A stretch of 64,000 nt of DNA from Octopus vulgaris (lineage: Eukaryota), in assembly GCA_951406725.2 (NCBI GenBank), contig OX597817.1:133858001-133922000 (forward strand), read 5' to 3'. The translations under genes were made by a program, and so were the position numbers. The notes below the pieces were generated by a model, which made no database searches, was not told the origin of the DNA, and saw only the letters and a list, made by a program, of their open reading frames with translations. This document shows positions 51,268 through 64,000 of this stretch, in pieces (the stretch's first letter is position 1; the number at the start of each line of letters is the position of its first letter).

Positions 51268-53145
51268 TCGAAGCCAGAAACCATCTAAAGTCTATATCAC
51301 TAGCTTACCACCGTTCTCCATCCCAGTCACTGAAGATCCAACTCATAGCTGCCAAGAAGAATCTTGATGAGGCTTACTTGAACGCAAAATTAGTAAACTA
51401 TCCAAAGAGCACATTAGTAAAAAACACCATCTCGCCTAGAAATCCATCAAAAACCTATCAGGCAAAAATTCTGGGTCATCAATTAGAATTAAAGGGGGAT
51501 CAGCTAAGAAGCGTTTAGAAAATTGGTCAACCCATTTTAAAAACTTCATTGGGAAGAATGCCAAAATCCCTGATAACCCCACTCTTCCAAGTGTGCCTAT
51601 ATCAGACACGCTGGACATCAACACCTCCCCTTTTGCCATATTTGAACTAACAGCAGCCACCAAGCAACTAAAAGCTTCGAAAGCATTTGGTCCCGACAAC
51701 ATCCCAGCTATAATTTGGAAGGATGATAGATTTCACACACTTTTGCTCAACCTCTGCAACCACACACTTTCCACCTTTGTCGCTCCAAAGATTTGGCACC
51801 AATCTCAAATCATCCCTATACCCAAAAAGGCGATTTATCCCTCGTCACCAACTACAGGGGTATATCTCTAATGTCAATTGCTGAAAAACTGTACAACAAA
51901 CTGATCCTAAATCGTCTTGTCCTTTTTGTTGAACCTTTGCTCCGAAAGAACCAAAATGGATTCAGACATGGGCGCTCAACGCTGAGCCAGATACTATGCC
52001 TACGCAGACTTATTGAAGAATCAAAAGCATTTAATCGCGATCTTGCAATGGTATTTGTAGATTTTTCTAAAGCGTTCGATTCTGTAGATAGGTACAAGAT
52101 GTTTGAAATCCTTAAGCTCTATGGGATACCAGACAAAATCATTTCTGCCATCAAGGTCCTCTACACAGATACGTCTTCAACCATCTTAACCCCTGACGGA
52201 GAAACATCATATTTCTAAATCAAAGCCGGAATACTGCAGGGAGACACACTCGCTCCATTTCTTTTCATCATTGTTGTTGATTATGTGCTGCGTATGTCAG
52301 TTGACACCATCTCTGGCAAGGGCTTTGAAATAAAACCAAGAAGAAGTTCCAGACACGCAGCTGAGTACTTGACAGACACTGACTTTGCTGACGACATCGC
52401 TCTTATCAGTGATTCTCTCTCCAATGTCCAGTCTCTTTTACAATCTCTTGAACAAGCCTCAAATTGTGTAGGTCTTTACCTCAATGAGGCCAAGACTGAA
52501 TACATAAACAAGTGCCTGTCCAACAGTGATTACATCATCCATACTCTCAACAATGCGCCCTTAAATATGGTTTCTGATTACAAATATCTTGGGTCATACA
52601 TATCATCATCTGGAAAAGACTTTCTAACTAGAAAGGGTATGACCTGGTCAGCCTGTAATGACATGCATAAGATCTGGTCATCAAATCTAAGTAGAGACTT
52701 CAAACTTGAAATCTTCAAAGCCACAGTCGAACCAATTCTACTATATGGCTCAGAAACCTGGACGTTATCAAAGAAGCTTGAGAGGCGGTTGGATGGAACC
52801 TACACTCGCCTTATGAGAGCTCAAAATCTCTCGTGGAAGCGCCATCCAACCAAAATGCAAATATATGGGAAACTACCACCTGTGTCATCTCTTGTGAAAG
52901 GTAAGAGAGCCCAGTTTGCTGGACATTGTTGTAGAGCTGAACAAGAGGTAATTTCTACTCTTCTCCTCTGGAAGCCATCTACTCGCAATGCCAGAGGGCG
53001 CACACTCTCCTACCCTGATGTAATCTCCAGGGATACAGGCATCCAGCAACAGGACCTCCGTAATGCCATGATGGACCATGAAGTCTGGCGTAGCATGGAA
53101 AATTCCATTGTCTCGACCACGGTCGAACAATGATGATGATGATGA
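51268..53145 (+). mobile_element. RTE-clade LINE, 5'-truncated
   Basis: RT motifs across three ORF pieces, (TGA)n tail 53131-53145, (CATA)n on both sides. Confidence 0.92.
51593..53133 (+). pseudogene. RTE reverse transcriptase pseudogene (frameshift ~51825, stop 52216-52218)
   Basis: KAFGPDNI, NYRGISL, QNGFRHGRST, FVDFSKAFDSV, GILQGDTLAPFLF, DFADDIAL, YKYLGS, LLYGSETWTL. Confidence 0.92.
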
Positions 53146-53422
53146 TACATACATACATACATACTCATATGCGCGTAAACACACACGTGAATGTATGTGA
53201 ATACACACGCGCACACATAAATGCGTGACACCCACATACATGCGCGCGCACACATACACGTGCGCAAGCACTCACGCATATATTACGTCTTATATCGGAA
53301 ATCGTTAAATATTCCATGGAGCACGTGAAAATGTATTTATATCAAGCTGTGTATTTGGCCGCCATATGTGCGTGCATAGAAATATCATATATACGCGCGC
53401 GCGCGCCCACACACACATAAGA

Positions 53423-53490
<68 letters not shown>

Positions 53491-53828
53491 TTGCCATCTG
53501 TCCAACTTCAAGCATTTGATTTATGCAATATAATCCAACAAAGAGTTCCTCCGATCATCTGTTGTCATTCATCATCCAGTTACACTTGGATCTTCTTCTG
53601 CAACAGTAAAACTTACCTAGGGAACAAACGATATAAACTTGTGCTTACCCTGTTTTATTTTATTTTCATCGTATTTGTTCTGTTTACCGTAACCATTAAC
53701 ACTACTGAGTACGGTAGTAACCGCTCCACTTTACCGGAAATAGACTGGATGAGGATACACTAGGTGGAGCCAAAAGCTCACCACACACACACTCACACAC
53801 TCACTCACACACACACACATATGCATAT

Positions 53829-54576
53829 ACAGTGTGTTCGGATTAAGTTTTGACAGTTTGCATAAAAGGAAAAGAAAGCAATATCCCTTCCAAAACTTAA
53901 AGTATTTAAAAGCTCAAGACACATCAGCTGTTTTATGGTTGGGAGAGAACAGTTTACTTGAAGTAACCGCCTATGATCTGAAGATGGCTCCAGAACCTAG
54001 CGCATGCGTTTCTCATTGTGTCTCTGGGAAGATATTTGAACAACCACTTGATTTTGGCCACCAGCTCGGCCTTGGTATTACAAGCAGAGCGAGTGGTGTC
54101 TTTCTCATCTGTGCCCCACACATATTAATCCATGAAATTACAATTGTGGGAGGCAGGCAACCTGAAATTCGCGCTGGTTAAGTTGTAAGACTTCTCCAGC
54201 AACCACCTCTGACTCTTTCAAGAAGTATAGCAAAGAGTAGAATCCTGCTGCCACACATATAGCCTTCCAGCAGCAGCCCTCTCTGGCCACAGTCACCAGT
54301 GGCTTTACATGGCCATATGGATTGAGTCTAACGTTGGTTTGAGCTTGAGTATCGCCAAGCTTTTGGCAAAACTTGATGCAATATCTGTGTTCCATACATT
54401 CGTTAAAAAAAATCCGACAAGCACTCTCTACACGTCTGTACTCTAGGCATAACAGTGAGGAACTGACACGGCCTGCCGGCGCGAAGATCTTTTTAGCATG
54501 CACATGGAGGGTGGTGTCACCTCCCACCCAAAGGACTTTTGCCGAGAAAGTCGGAAACATTTGAAAGCATTTCGTA
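53829..54576. mobile_element. Composite of two Tc1/mariner remnants
   Basis: 53829-54300 resembles 14612-15305; 54310-54576 (minus) encodes MEHRYCIKFCQKLGDTQAQT (mariner N-terminus) after a TACGAAATGCTTTCAAA end. Confidence 0.65.
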
Positions 54577-56339
54577 TGCACGTGTATGTATATACATACA
54601 TGTATGCACACACACACACACACACGCGCACGCACATATATATATAGTGGTGTTTAGTGTTGTATTGAATTTGCTGCCACACCCTGTGCGACAAAATTTG
54701 AAGCATGAATAGATAACAAAAGTTTTCCATTAAGATTTGTGATTAAATTAATGAGTGAGGTTTGTAAAGAATTTGCCATTTTCGATGGGTGTGCAGCACA
54801 CACCTAGCACACCTGGAATATACGCCCCTAATGTGTGTATATGTGCTTGTGCGTGTATGAGTGAGTGTATGTGTATGTGTGTGTATGCTTGTACATACAC
54901 ACATGAAGATCTCCACAGAAACGCGTGATACGTCACCAAAAGATATGGGCGTGGTAGTCCGGTGTCACACTCAACTTCTACCTCCGTTGTGGTTGGACAA
55001 ACTTCATAACTCCCAGGTAGATTAGAGTGCGGAGTCCACGCACGGCATATTTACAACAAAAAAAAAACCCCACAAAAAAAAGAACATACAAAGCTTTGTT
55101 AATGCTTTAGATATTGCACGTGTTTCATAGGATCTGCAGAAATCAACTTACTTCAGCATAAAACTCAGTTACGTTAACAAATTTAGCACTTGTACATTAT
55201 AGAAAACATTAATATTGATTATATTTTATCGCAATCTTAATCTCTCTCTTTTAAACAAACTCAAAAATGAATATTAATAAAATATCCATTTTCAGAATGC
55301 TATGACGAAACAATTCGGCAAGGCACATTTCTGTAGAGATACTCTAAATTTAACGAACGAGTGAGTGCTATTACACGACTGAAGGGCTCAAGGGTAAATT
55401 ATAAATAACATATCAGGAAATTTATATAGCTGGAGAATCATTAACCAACTCGCAGAAAACCGCCCGGAGGACGCTTCTTGTGCTAGAATATATAATATAT
55501 GTTGGCTCTGTCTGAATTTATATAGTCATAATTTTATTTTTAAACCAATTAGGCATTTTAGAGTTCTCAAATTAACCTCATTAGAGAAATCGTTAAAGGC
55601 GATCCCTTTTAACAAATGATACATCCTTTTCTCTCGTTCGATTGAGCGCTGTTAGCTAAATCCCAATATGCTAGGTAATTTAGCTTGCTCATTCCTTCGT
55701 AGCCCGGTTGAAGAGAGCAGAAAATAACATGTTGAAATTAAGCATAGTTCCGAATTAATAAGGTGGATACCGTATCTATTTTGTATGGGATAACGCCTGT
55801 TTTTCAATTCCATTATATTTCTGTTTCATAGACGAGTGTTATGACTCTCAGTTACTTAAATATTCCATAGTTTACTTTAGAACAGATTTACCTCAGATTT
55901 TGTACGAATTACGATGTTTATGGGATCCGTATGTATAACAACGGATTAAGAATGAATTCAGGCAAGAAATCAGTTTGTGTAATGGAAACCCACAGATGTG
56001 TGGAGATATAGAGTACTTAGTAAGTGATCCAGAATGCCTGGAGGTGTTACAAAAACGATAAAAACCAGGTAAAAGAGTATTGTACCGACTGAAAGATCTC
56101 ATTCGACGCAGTAAAAATAACAGTTGTTGGTGCACATTGTAAACTATTCGTTGCTGCTCTCTGGGAAAATACGTTTTGCTAATGTTTCTAATGTAGTGAA
56201 GGAATGTGTGCAGGGATTGTTCAATTTATCGTTGAAAGTAAAGATGAACATTTTAAATTAGAGAAATATGAACTGTTTCAGTGATTTTATGAGAAATTGA
56301 AAATAACAGCTTCGCATTGAGACGTCGATAGATTTCCAG

Positions 56340-56780
56340 AGCTGCAAATAATCATAGGGAGCAAGGTCCGGTCTATATGCTGGGTATGGTATCAGTTCGA
56401 TTGCCGCAAGTTCCTGAAGTTTATTTCGAGCGGGGAGAGGTTTCGTGCTGCCCAGTTGCAGAAGAGCTCGCTTTCTGTTAAACAACGTCAGGTATTTTGG
56501 CCGCACAACGGCACACATCCGCTTCAGTTGTTCGGTGTACAGGTTGGCATCGATGGTCCGACCGTTTAGAACGAATTCTTAGTGAATTATTCTCTCACAA
56601 TTCCACCAGATGTAGAGCATCATCTTCTGCTGGAAACGCCCATCTTCGGCGACAGGTTCCGGAAGCTGGCTCTTGCTGAACCACTTCTTTTATGGACGTT
56701 GGGATTGTGGAGGAAATCCCTCATGGATTATTACTTCTTCCGCTCCATGGCTCACTTCCTGCGATCGCGGTGCTTCATCT
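56340..56780. mobile_element. Rearranged mariner transposase fragments
   Basis: Minus IELIPYPAYRPDLAPYDY; plus DYYFFRSMAHFLRSRCF. Confidence 0.65.
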
Positions 56781-58139
56781 GCCAACTGGTATCGGCGTGA
56801 AATAAAAAAAAAAAACTGGCAATACGGTGGCTTCAGATAGTGCAACACTGTGGCCTCCACTTTGAATGCTCGTCTGCTTTGGTTGCAACTTGGAGAATAC
56901 TGCAAATAGACCACCAAAATATTACAAAACAATACAATGCAAATACAATGTTGTCGATGTAATCATTAACATAGAGAGGTTAATTGCTGTGGAGATAAGG
57001 TCTACTGCATCAGTTTTCATTTGATGAGACTTGGTTCACTTCATTTTAATAGGAATGCCAAACGATGCCGAGTATGGAGGAGATGGTGATTGATATGTAA
57101 ATAGCAGGGAACAGCTGAAGTTTTTGAGGAATAGTTATTTAACTGTTCAGCAGACTAAGATAAAACAGAACGGTGGGTAAGTAGGTAAAATTACGTGGTG
57201 TCTGGTATTATTGTGTGAACGTGTATGGAGAAATGCAAGGTGACATATCTGTCTATACTCATGCATCCATCTATAATTTCTGTCTTTCTCTCTCTCTCTC
57301 TCTCTCTTATACAAATATATATAATATGCATACATACTGTTAAAGGAGTCTAGATAAATATTTAGTGAAAACATAGAAAATTATACGATCTTTGACAAGT
57401 TCTTTTCTTCCAAGTTCTCTCTACAAAAATGGGAGACTGATACGAAAGGAAGGTGAATATGTCAAAAGTGATCTGTTTCTTTGATACCTACTCAGGTAAT
57501 TAATGAGTAGGCGACGCAATTTATAACAACATTTTCGAGCGACAGTATTTCATGGACAATCGAGATATCCATGAAGATTTGTCGGCCTGCAAATAGTTAA
57601 ATATATAGAGAAGGACGTTCTCATGAGAGTAAATTATAAGGAACAGCAAATGAGACATATCATGTATGAAGATTCTCTCAGAAATGAAATTATATATTGA
57701 CATATCTCTCAAGAAATGTGAAAATAAACAAACATCGCAAAGCTGCTTGAAATACTGAACATGCAAAGAACTCTTTGCTTTACAGCATTTTATAGTTAGG
57801 CCCAGCCCACCACTTCTGAGATAGTAACACGTCTTGGGGATATCATCTTACAAATGATTCGCTGCTCAGTTCCTTGTGTTAATCAAATGTTAATCGCTAT
57901 CTTCATCTTACTTTGTACTCATGATTTTCGAGCCATAATTCAACATGGATATTATACACAACATCACTGAAAAGATGAAATGCAGGAGAAGAGGTAGCCA
58001 TCTGGCAAAATCGTTAGAGCGTCGGAAGAAATTATTTGCGTTATTTCTCATGACACATTGCATTCTGAGCTCATATCCCACCGAAGTCAGCTCTGCCTTT
58101 CATTCTTTCGGGGTCGAGAAAATAAACTACCAGGACCTA

Positions 58140-58385
58140 GCCATTGTGTTACAGAGACTATGGATAGCGCAGGTAGTTATAGGTGTATTAAGAACTATCC
58201 TTAATGATTTGAGAAGATGGATAGGGGAAATAGGTACAAAACCTAGTCTAGTACAGCTCAAGAAAACAGTGTTATTAGGGAGAGCTAGGATAGTTAAGAA
58301 GGTCCTAGGATCTATGGTTACTTGTTGTAGCCCGTTGTTAGGAATTTTTCTTTTTCAACAGTCTAAACTGTTGTGCGTATATGAA
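58140..58385 (+). mobile_element. R4/Dong LINE 3' end with (TAA)n tail
   Basis: YQDLAIVLQRLW..VVIGVLRTI...LVQLKKTVLLGRARIVKKVL, then TAA repeats. Confidence 0.75.
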
Positions 58386-58440
58386 ATAATAATAATAATA
58401 ATGATAATAATAATAATAATAATAATAGTAATAATGATAA

Positions 58441-59000
58441 ATGCCCTGATGCAGTATCAGGCAGTGGCTCTCATGGCTTCTGATCTTAACTGATTGGGAG
58501 TGTTATCATGTACATAGATTTGTCTTGGTATAAAAGATGGGCTACAGCAAATATTCTGCTCAATACCACAGATTTGCTTGTCAGTTGTTTGACCTTAACC
58601 GGTTGAGTATGTCCGTTAGTGGCTGACGATAGGTGCATCTCTGATCACAAGCAGAAGTGGTGGGGGAGCAACATAGCCATGTGTTGAGAGGAATTCTTTA
58701 GGGTTTGAATAATTCACCTCTGGAAACATGGGTGTTTCGTTCAACATCCTTAAACAACCATTATTTAGGGACCTTTTGAGCGATATGGGTTACTCGACCA
58801 GAAAGAAAAAATTCTAACTGGGCCCCACCTGCAAAGTCATGTGCCTGTTTATCTTGATATGAGATCAGCATGTCGCGCACATATGGTTGTGATGCATGTG
58901 TCTAGTGTACCCTTATCAGACGGATAGTCATGATGGGTATACTGGGCTTCGTATATTTTCCCCCAGTGTAACTTTGATGGCATGCACTGCTCTCTCACTC
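58441..59000 (+). mobile_element. Element D in (TAA)n, copy 2
   Basis: Co-linear with 9635-10187; TAA-type repeats on both sides. Confidence 0.85.
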
Positions 59001-60209
59001 AATAATAATAATAATGATAATGATAGTAATAACAATGATGATGATGATGATAAGCCAAATATCATTGCAGTCATTGGACCTGTACCCTTATTCTTTCACA
59101 TTCGTATTTCCAATTAAACCAGGTATCGAAGATAACCGGATCGAATTATTGGTAAGTTTGATGGGTGAAGGGCTGTTATTTTCACCACGGCCACTAATGG
59201 AATATTTGCTGAGAATATCCTTTGTCAAAAATAATCCTGCTTAAACTGTGTATTAAAATCTAACAATTGTACCGGTTCCATTAATTCTGTTAAAACAGGA
59301 TTTTAGAATCAAGTAAAATCCATTAGATAAGATTTCGTGATCCACACCATGTTTGCAGCAGCAGAATTATTGTGAGCTATTTGCAGTTACAGATACTAAG
59401 AGACCCCCATTTTATGAAAGGAATGTTGTGCACATTGGCTGTAAGGCTTTTAATACAGTTTAATACACATCCTTGCCTAAATACATATCAATGAATGATT
59501 ACACAGCAGGGTGTTTTATTATATTATCTCGCAATTAATCTATCTGTCGCAGTGTCATCATAGACATGTTTTAAAATTTCTCGACAGAACTCGGGCTGAT
59601 AATATGGACTTCACAACTTAGGGCAAACTCTGCCGGTTCCAACGCGATCGGTTATGGTGTTTCCATTTACTCGTAGCTACACGTATCAGCATGAGATTTT
59701 GGCGGATGTTTATTGTTTCTGTTTCAACTAAAGGCTTAAAATTTTCAAATATTTCCCATAACATTTAGCTTACTCTTCGAGGCTGGTGAGATTATTAAAT
59801 TATTTAGTCGTGCTTAATTTCCCCAGGACTTTCCGGAACTGATGGAATTGATGCGGTTGAAGTTCAGATCGAATATCGACATTAAGGATACAACTTCAGA
59901 AAAAAACCAGGGACCGTAAGAGAATACCCGTGGGTTCACACTCAAAGTAGGAAGGCTGTGTTCTGAAGGTTTCTCTAAACCTGAAGAAGGTCTTATCTGG
60001 GACACCATTATATTTATTCTATGAATATTTGGTCACATAAAGAGATCATCAGTGCTTGTAATGTCTTTGATAGTCTTATAGATATAAATGAACAAAACAA
60101 AATGGTTTCTTTTTATATCAGCAGTGATTGTGCCTTTGGGTTTGCTGATATGGTCAAGATATAAAGAATAAAGATTAATCCTTCAGACACTTTTTTCTCT
60201 TGTTTCTTC

Positions 60210-60286
<77 letters not shown>

Positions 60287-60570
60287 ATGCTAGTCTGACA
60301 ACGGATACAAAATCACTCGGAATTTTGCCTAATTCCACACTTGCAAGACTTTAGCGATCAAGCGTATGAAGAGTATAATTGTCGTCCAACAAGTTTATAA
60401 TTACAAGCTGCTGGAATCTCAATTCGGAATACATCATTAATCTTGTGTTTCTACTGAGTTTCTCACGCACCAGGGACCGAGTGTGTTGCGAGCAAAACAA
60501 TTTTCAGTCAATAATTCTCTAGGTGAAGGGAATATTGTTGTTGTTGTTGTTATTACTACTAATATTATTA

Positions 60571-60651
<81 letters not shown>

Positions 60652-60670
60652 ATTATTATTATTATTATTA

Positions 60671-61270
60671 TGTGATGAAAACTCACAGCTTATTTTGCTG
60701 GGCATAGTGGAAAGTGTCAGCTGTCCACAGCCAGCAAGCTAAGGTGACACTTGTTTACTGGTCATACTTCAAGAACCCTGCAAAGAATTCTTGAAGTTCC
60801 AAGCAATGCTGATTTTTGCAGGTGTTCTACCTTCACACTTGCACCAATCTTTTTGAGCCATGTTGGTAGCTGAGTGCTGATACTTCCAAGTACCCCAGTT
60901 ACTACTGGTATTACGTCTACTCTTTTCATTGACAACAACCTTCATATTTCCCACTTGAAATCGTTATAGCTGTTTATTTTTTCTTCTTCTTTCATATTGA
61001 TCCTGTTGTCACCGGGGCACACTGTTGATTATCATGCATGTTCTTTCATTTTTATTCATCACAACAATGCCCGGTTTCCGTTGCATCCTACAGGATTTTG
61101 CAATTCACATTCTCAGTGACTCTTTCTGGGGGTTTCTCATACCACGTCTTTGCTCTTTGTAGGATGTGATTTCCACAGAGCTCCCAATGGATCATCCTTG
61201 TGGCATTTTCATGGCGTCTTTTGTATTTGCATTGTGCCAATTTCAGGCATTCGTTAAGGATGTGCCATAC
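60671..61270 (-). mobile_element. R4/Dong LINE 3' remnant with (TAA)n tail
   Basis: HILNECLKLAQCKYKRRHE..IHWELC...WYE..PERVTEN..KIL; (TTA)n at 60560-60670. Confidence 0.8.
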
Positions 61271-61279
61271 CATTTCACT

Positions 61280-61500
61280 CCTCTTTACGATAACTTTCTC
61301 ACAGATGTGTGATCCGATGCCTCCAATCACACGCCTGATTTCAGCCTTGCGTTCAGGAATTGTGCGTTGTTGCCTCACGTATACCTGCGATTTCATATAC
61401 CCCAATAAGAATAAATCACAAGGGGTATGATCACAAGAGCTTGGTGGCCATTGCTGGTCACCATGCAAGGATATCACTCGTTGCGGAAATTTTTCGTGTA
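61280..61500 (-). mobile_element. Tc1/mariner-superfamily transposase C-terminal fragment
   Basis: QWPPSSCDHTPCDLFLLGYMKSQVY resembles the WPPRSCDLTPLDFFLWG motif. Confidence 0.75.
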
Positions 61501-61851
61501 GTAAAGTTTAACCACGGAAAGAAAGAAAAATATATCAAATATAATCGATTCCATCCGACATCTTGGACAGCAGCAAAGGTCACAAAGCAACTGAAATAAA
61601 ATAATCTTTAACACCATATTGATCTGAAGTTGTGAAGGGGATTAACGGGATGATTTAGGGTCTGCTTACATACCACTAAGCTCCCATTATGCAATATATA
61701 AATTCACATGTCTCTAATAATTAACGCGATTAATCTTGTCATTAACTAATATCTAGTCCTCGTGAGATACAATATAGAGACAGTGTAAGGTGTCATCTTC
61801 GAGAAAGATATCTATATACATACAAGATATATATATATATATGTACACGCG

Positions 61852-61893
<42 letters not shown>

Positions 61894-61987
61894 TGCATGT
61901 ATATGTATGTATGTATCTATCTATCTATCTGTCAATCTCTCTCTCTCTATCTATCTATCAATCTATGTCTTCATTGTGGAAGTAAAT

Positions 61988-62417
61988 TCTTTTCTACTCT
62001 ATGTACAAGGCCCGAAATTTTGGGGGAGGGGCCAGTCGATTAGATCAACCCCAGTACGCAACTGGTACTTAATTTATCGACCCCGAAAGGATGAAAGACA
62101 AAGTCGACCTCGGCTGAATTTGAACCCAGAACGTAAAGACAAATGAAATACTGCTAAGCATTTCGCCCGGCGTACGAACGTTTATTATTTCTTTATTGCC
62201 CACAAGGGGCTAAATATAGAGTGGACAAACAAGGACAGACAAAAGGATTGAGCCAATTACATTGACCTCAATGCGTAACTGGTACTTAATTTAACGACCT
62301 CGAAAGGATGAAATGCAAAGTCGACCTCGGCGGAATTTGAACTGAGAACATAATGGCAGACGAAATACCGCTAAGCATTTCGCCCGGCGTTCTAACATTT
62401 CTGCCAGCTCGCCGCCC
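61988..62417 (-). mobile_element. SINE B dimer
   Basis: Same two-module structure as 29190-29608. Confidence 0.88.
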
Positions 62418-62597
62418 TGGTGGAAGTAAATTTGTGACCGTGTACGACCACTTCCTAAACTCAGTAATTCCGTGTAAACGTTCCGAATGTCCAAGACGTT
62501 CCTATGCGTCAATTTGTCTTGAGTGAATCAAGTGTTGCGCAATACTTAACCCCCTTTCCAGTGCAATCAGCTATAAAACCAGTGGCACAACAGACAT

Positions 62598-62758
62598 TAG
62601 GAGTGGCTGTTTGGTAAGTAGCTTGTTTACCAACCACATGGTTCTGGGTTCAGTCCCACTGCGTGGCACTTTGGGCAAGTGTCTTCTACTATAGCCTCGG
62701 GCCGACCAAAGCCTTGTGAGTGGATTTGGTAGACGGAAACTGAAAGAAGCTCGTCGAA

Positions 62759-62824
<66 letters not shown>

Positions 62825-63011
62825 TGTGTGTGTTTGTATGTCTGTGTTAGTCCCCTTAGCATTGCTTGACAACCGATGCTTGTGTGTTTATGTCCCCGTT
62901 ACTTAGCGGTTCGGCAAAAGAGACCGATAGTACTGGGCTTACAAAAGATTAAAAGCGGTGCTTTAGCATGGCCGCAGTCGAATGACTGAAACAAGTAAAA
63001 GAGTAAAGAGT
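62598..63011 (+). mobile_element. SINE family A, full length with a small 3' deletion
   Basis: Head, internal (TA)n(TG)n tract, tail. Confidence 0.9.
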
Positions 63012-63340
63012 ATGATTAGAAACCAAACTGCACTTCAGGGTTTTTTTTATATGAGTTTACCTTCTCCTAGAAGGAAGTTCTAGTGAGAAAGAGCCTTTCA
63101 TTTACAATGGTTCACAATCAAGTTTGCCCATAGCTGGAACCATAACACGCATTTCTACACCGGGTCAAAGAAGCTCTGGAAACACTAGCGGCTAAAAGAT
63201 GCGTCCACAATCCTCAAAACCATTGAACTCCCGTACCGGAACCCGTCTATCGCATGCAGTTTAAATCCATACCCAGGACATATCCATACATACATACATA
63301 CATACATACATACATACATACATACATACATACATACATA

Positions 63341-63509
63341 CACTTTGAAGGCTATGTGTTTGTAATTAAGGAACAGGAGATTGCTACAAAGTACCTGGTG
63401 AACAAAAGAGACAGTGACGCTCTTGTAATCCCAAGGTGCAACCGTATGTGGAGGCTATGTCATGTTTCTGTGGAAGACCTCACGCATGTGATTAGAAGCT
63501 GTCCTTAAA

Positions 63510-63510
<1 letters not shown>
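63341..63510 (+). mobile_element. RLE LINE fragment (zinc-knuckle region) directly after (CATA)n
   Basis: HFEGYVFVIKEQEIATKYL...RLCHVSVEDLTHVIRSCP. Confidence 0.7.
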
Positions 63511-63574
<64 letters not shown>

Positions 63575-64000
63575 AGGTTTGAAAATGCAATTTTAAAAGA
63601 TGTTTATTTACTTTAGTCTTAAAGTCTTACTCTAAGACTATGTTATCGTAAAAGACTAGTCTTTTACGATAACATGGTGAACGAGGTCAGTTTAAGCTAC
63701 CCGACTGCTAAAATGTAAACTTTTTTGAACTTATAATATTCTGTGCGTGTATGTATATACAGATACAATACCAATATTACACTGAACTTTTTAATAATAT
63801 TTTAATGAACTTGTTAAACTTTTTTATATTTTCCCAAGATTTTCCTTTGTAAGCTGTTCTTAACATGTCCTTATTATCAAGGAATGTATATGTATATTGT
63901 AATATTTTGTGACAACCAGTACCTGACACAACCAAGATTTTGTGCCCAATATTTTGATGAAATTGTTAAACTTTTTTGTATTTTCCCTAGATTTTCCCTT

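Noticed and set aside
57945-58493. 182-aa ORF as a host gene
   Set aside because: Chance fusion of decayed SINE B, Dong C-terminus, (TAA)n and the start of element D.
61088-61477. 129-aa ORF as a transposase-LINE fusion protein
   Set aside because: In-frame juxtaposition of two decayed fragments, with no evidence of expression or selection.

Overview
AT-rich, repeat-saturated eukaryotic DNA. The SINE families and microsatellite load look like an octopus-type cephalopod (recognition from memory, not a search). No host protein-coding gene could be identified, and most ORF-track entries are microsatellite or SINE translations. The window holds: (i) a young Penelope-like element (RT + GIY-YIG, 15487-19064) with inverted ~780-bp pseudo-LTRs; (ii) several short foldbacks sitting in microsatellites, one carrying two canonical hammerhead ribozyme cores on opposite strands (21330-21859) and one enclosing a tRNA-like unit (5760-6500); (iii) further canonical or variant hammerhead-like motifs; (iv) R4/Dong-type RLE LINE remnants in (TAA)n and a separate lineage in (TACA)n; (v) RTE LINEs; (vi) at least four SINE families plus a ~550-bp non-coding element in (TAA)n; (vii) Tc1/mariner, pogo and Merlin-like DNA-transposon relics. 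Coordinates were read by eye and are approximate, especially for degenerate repeats.
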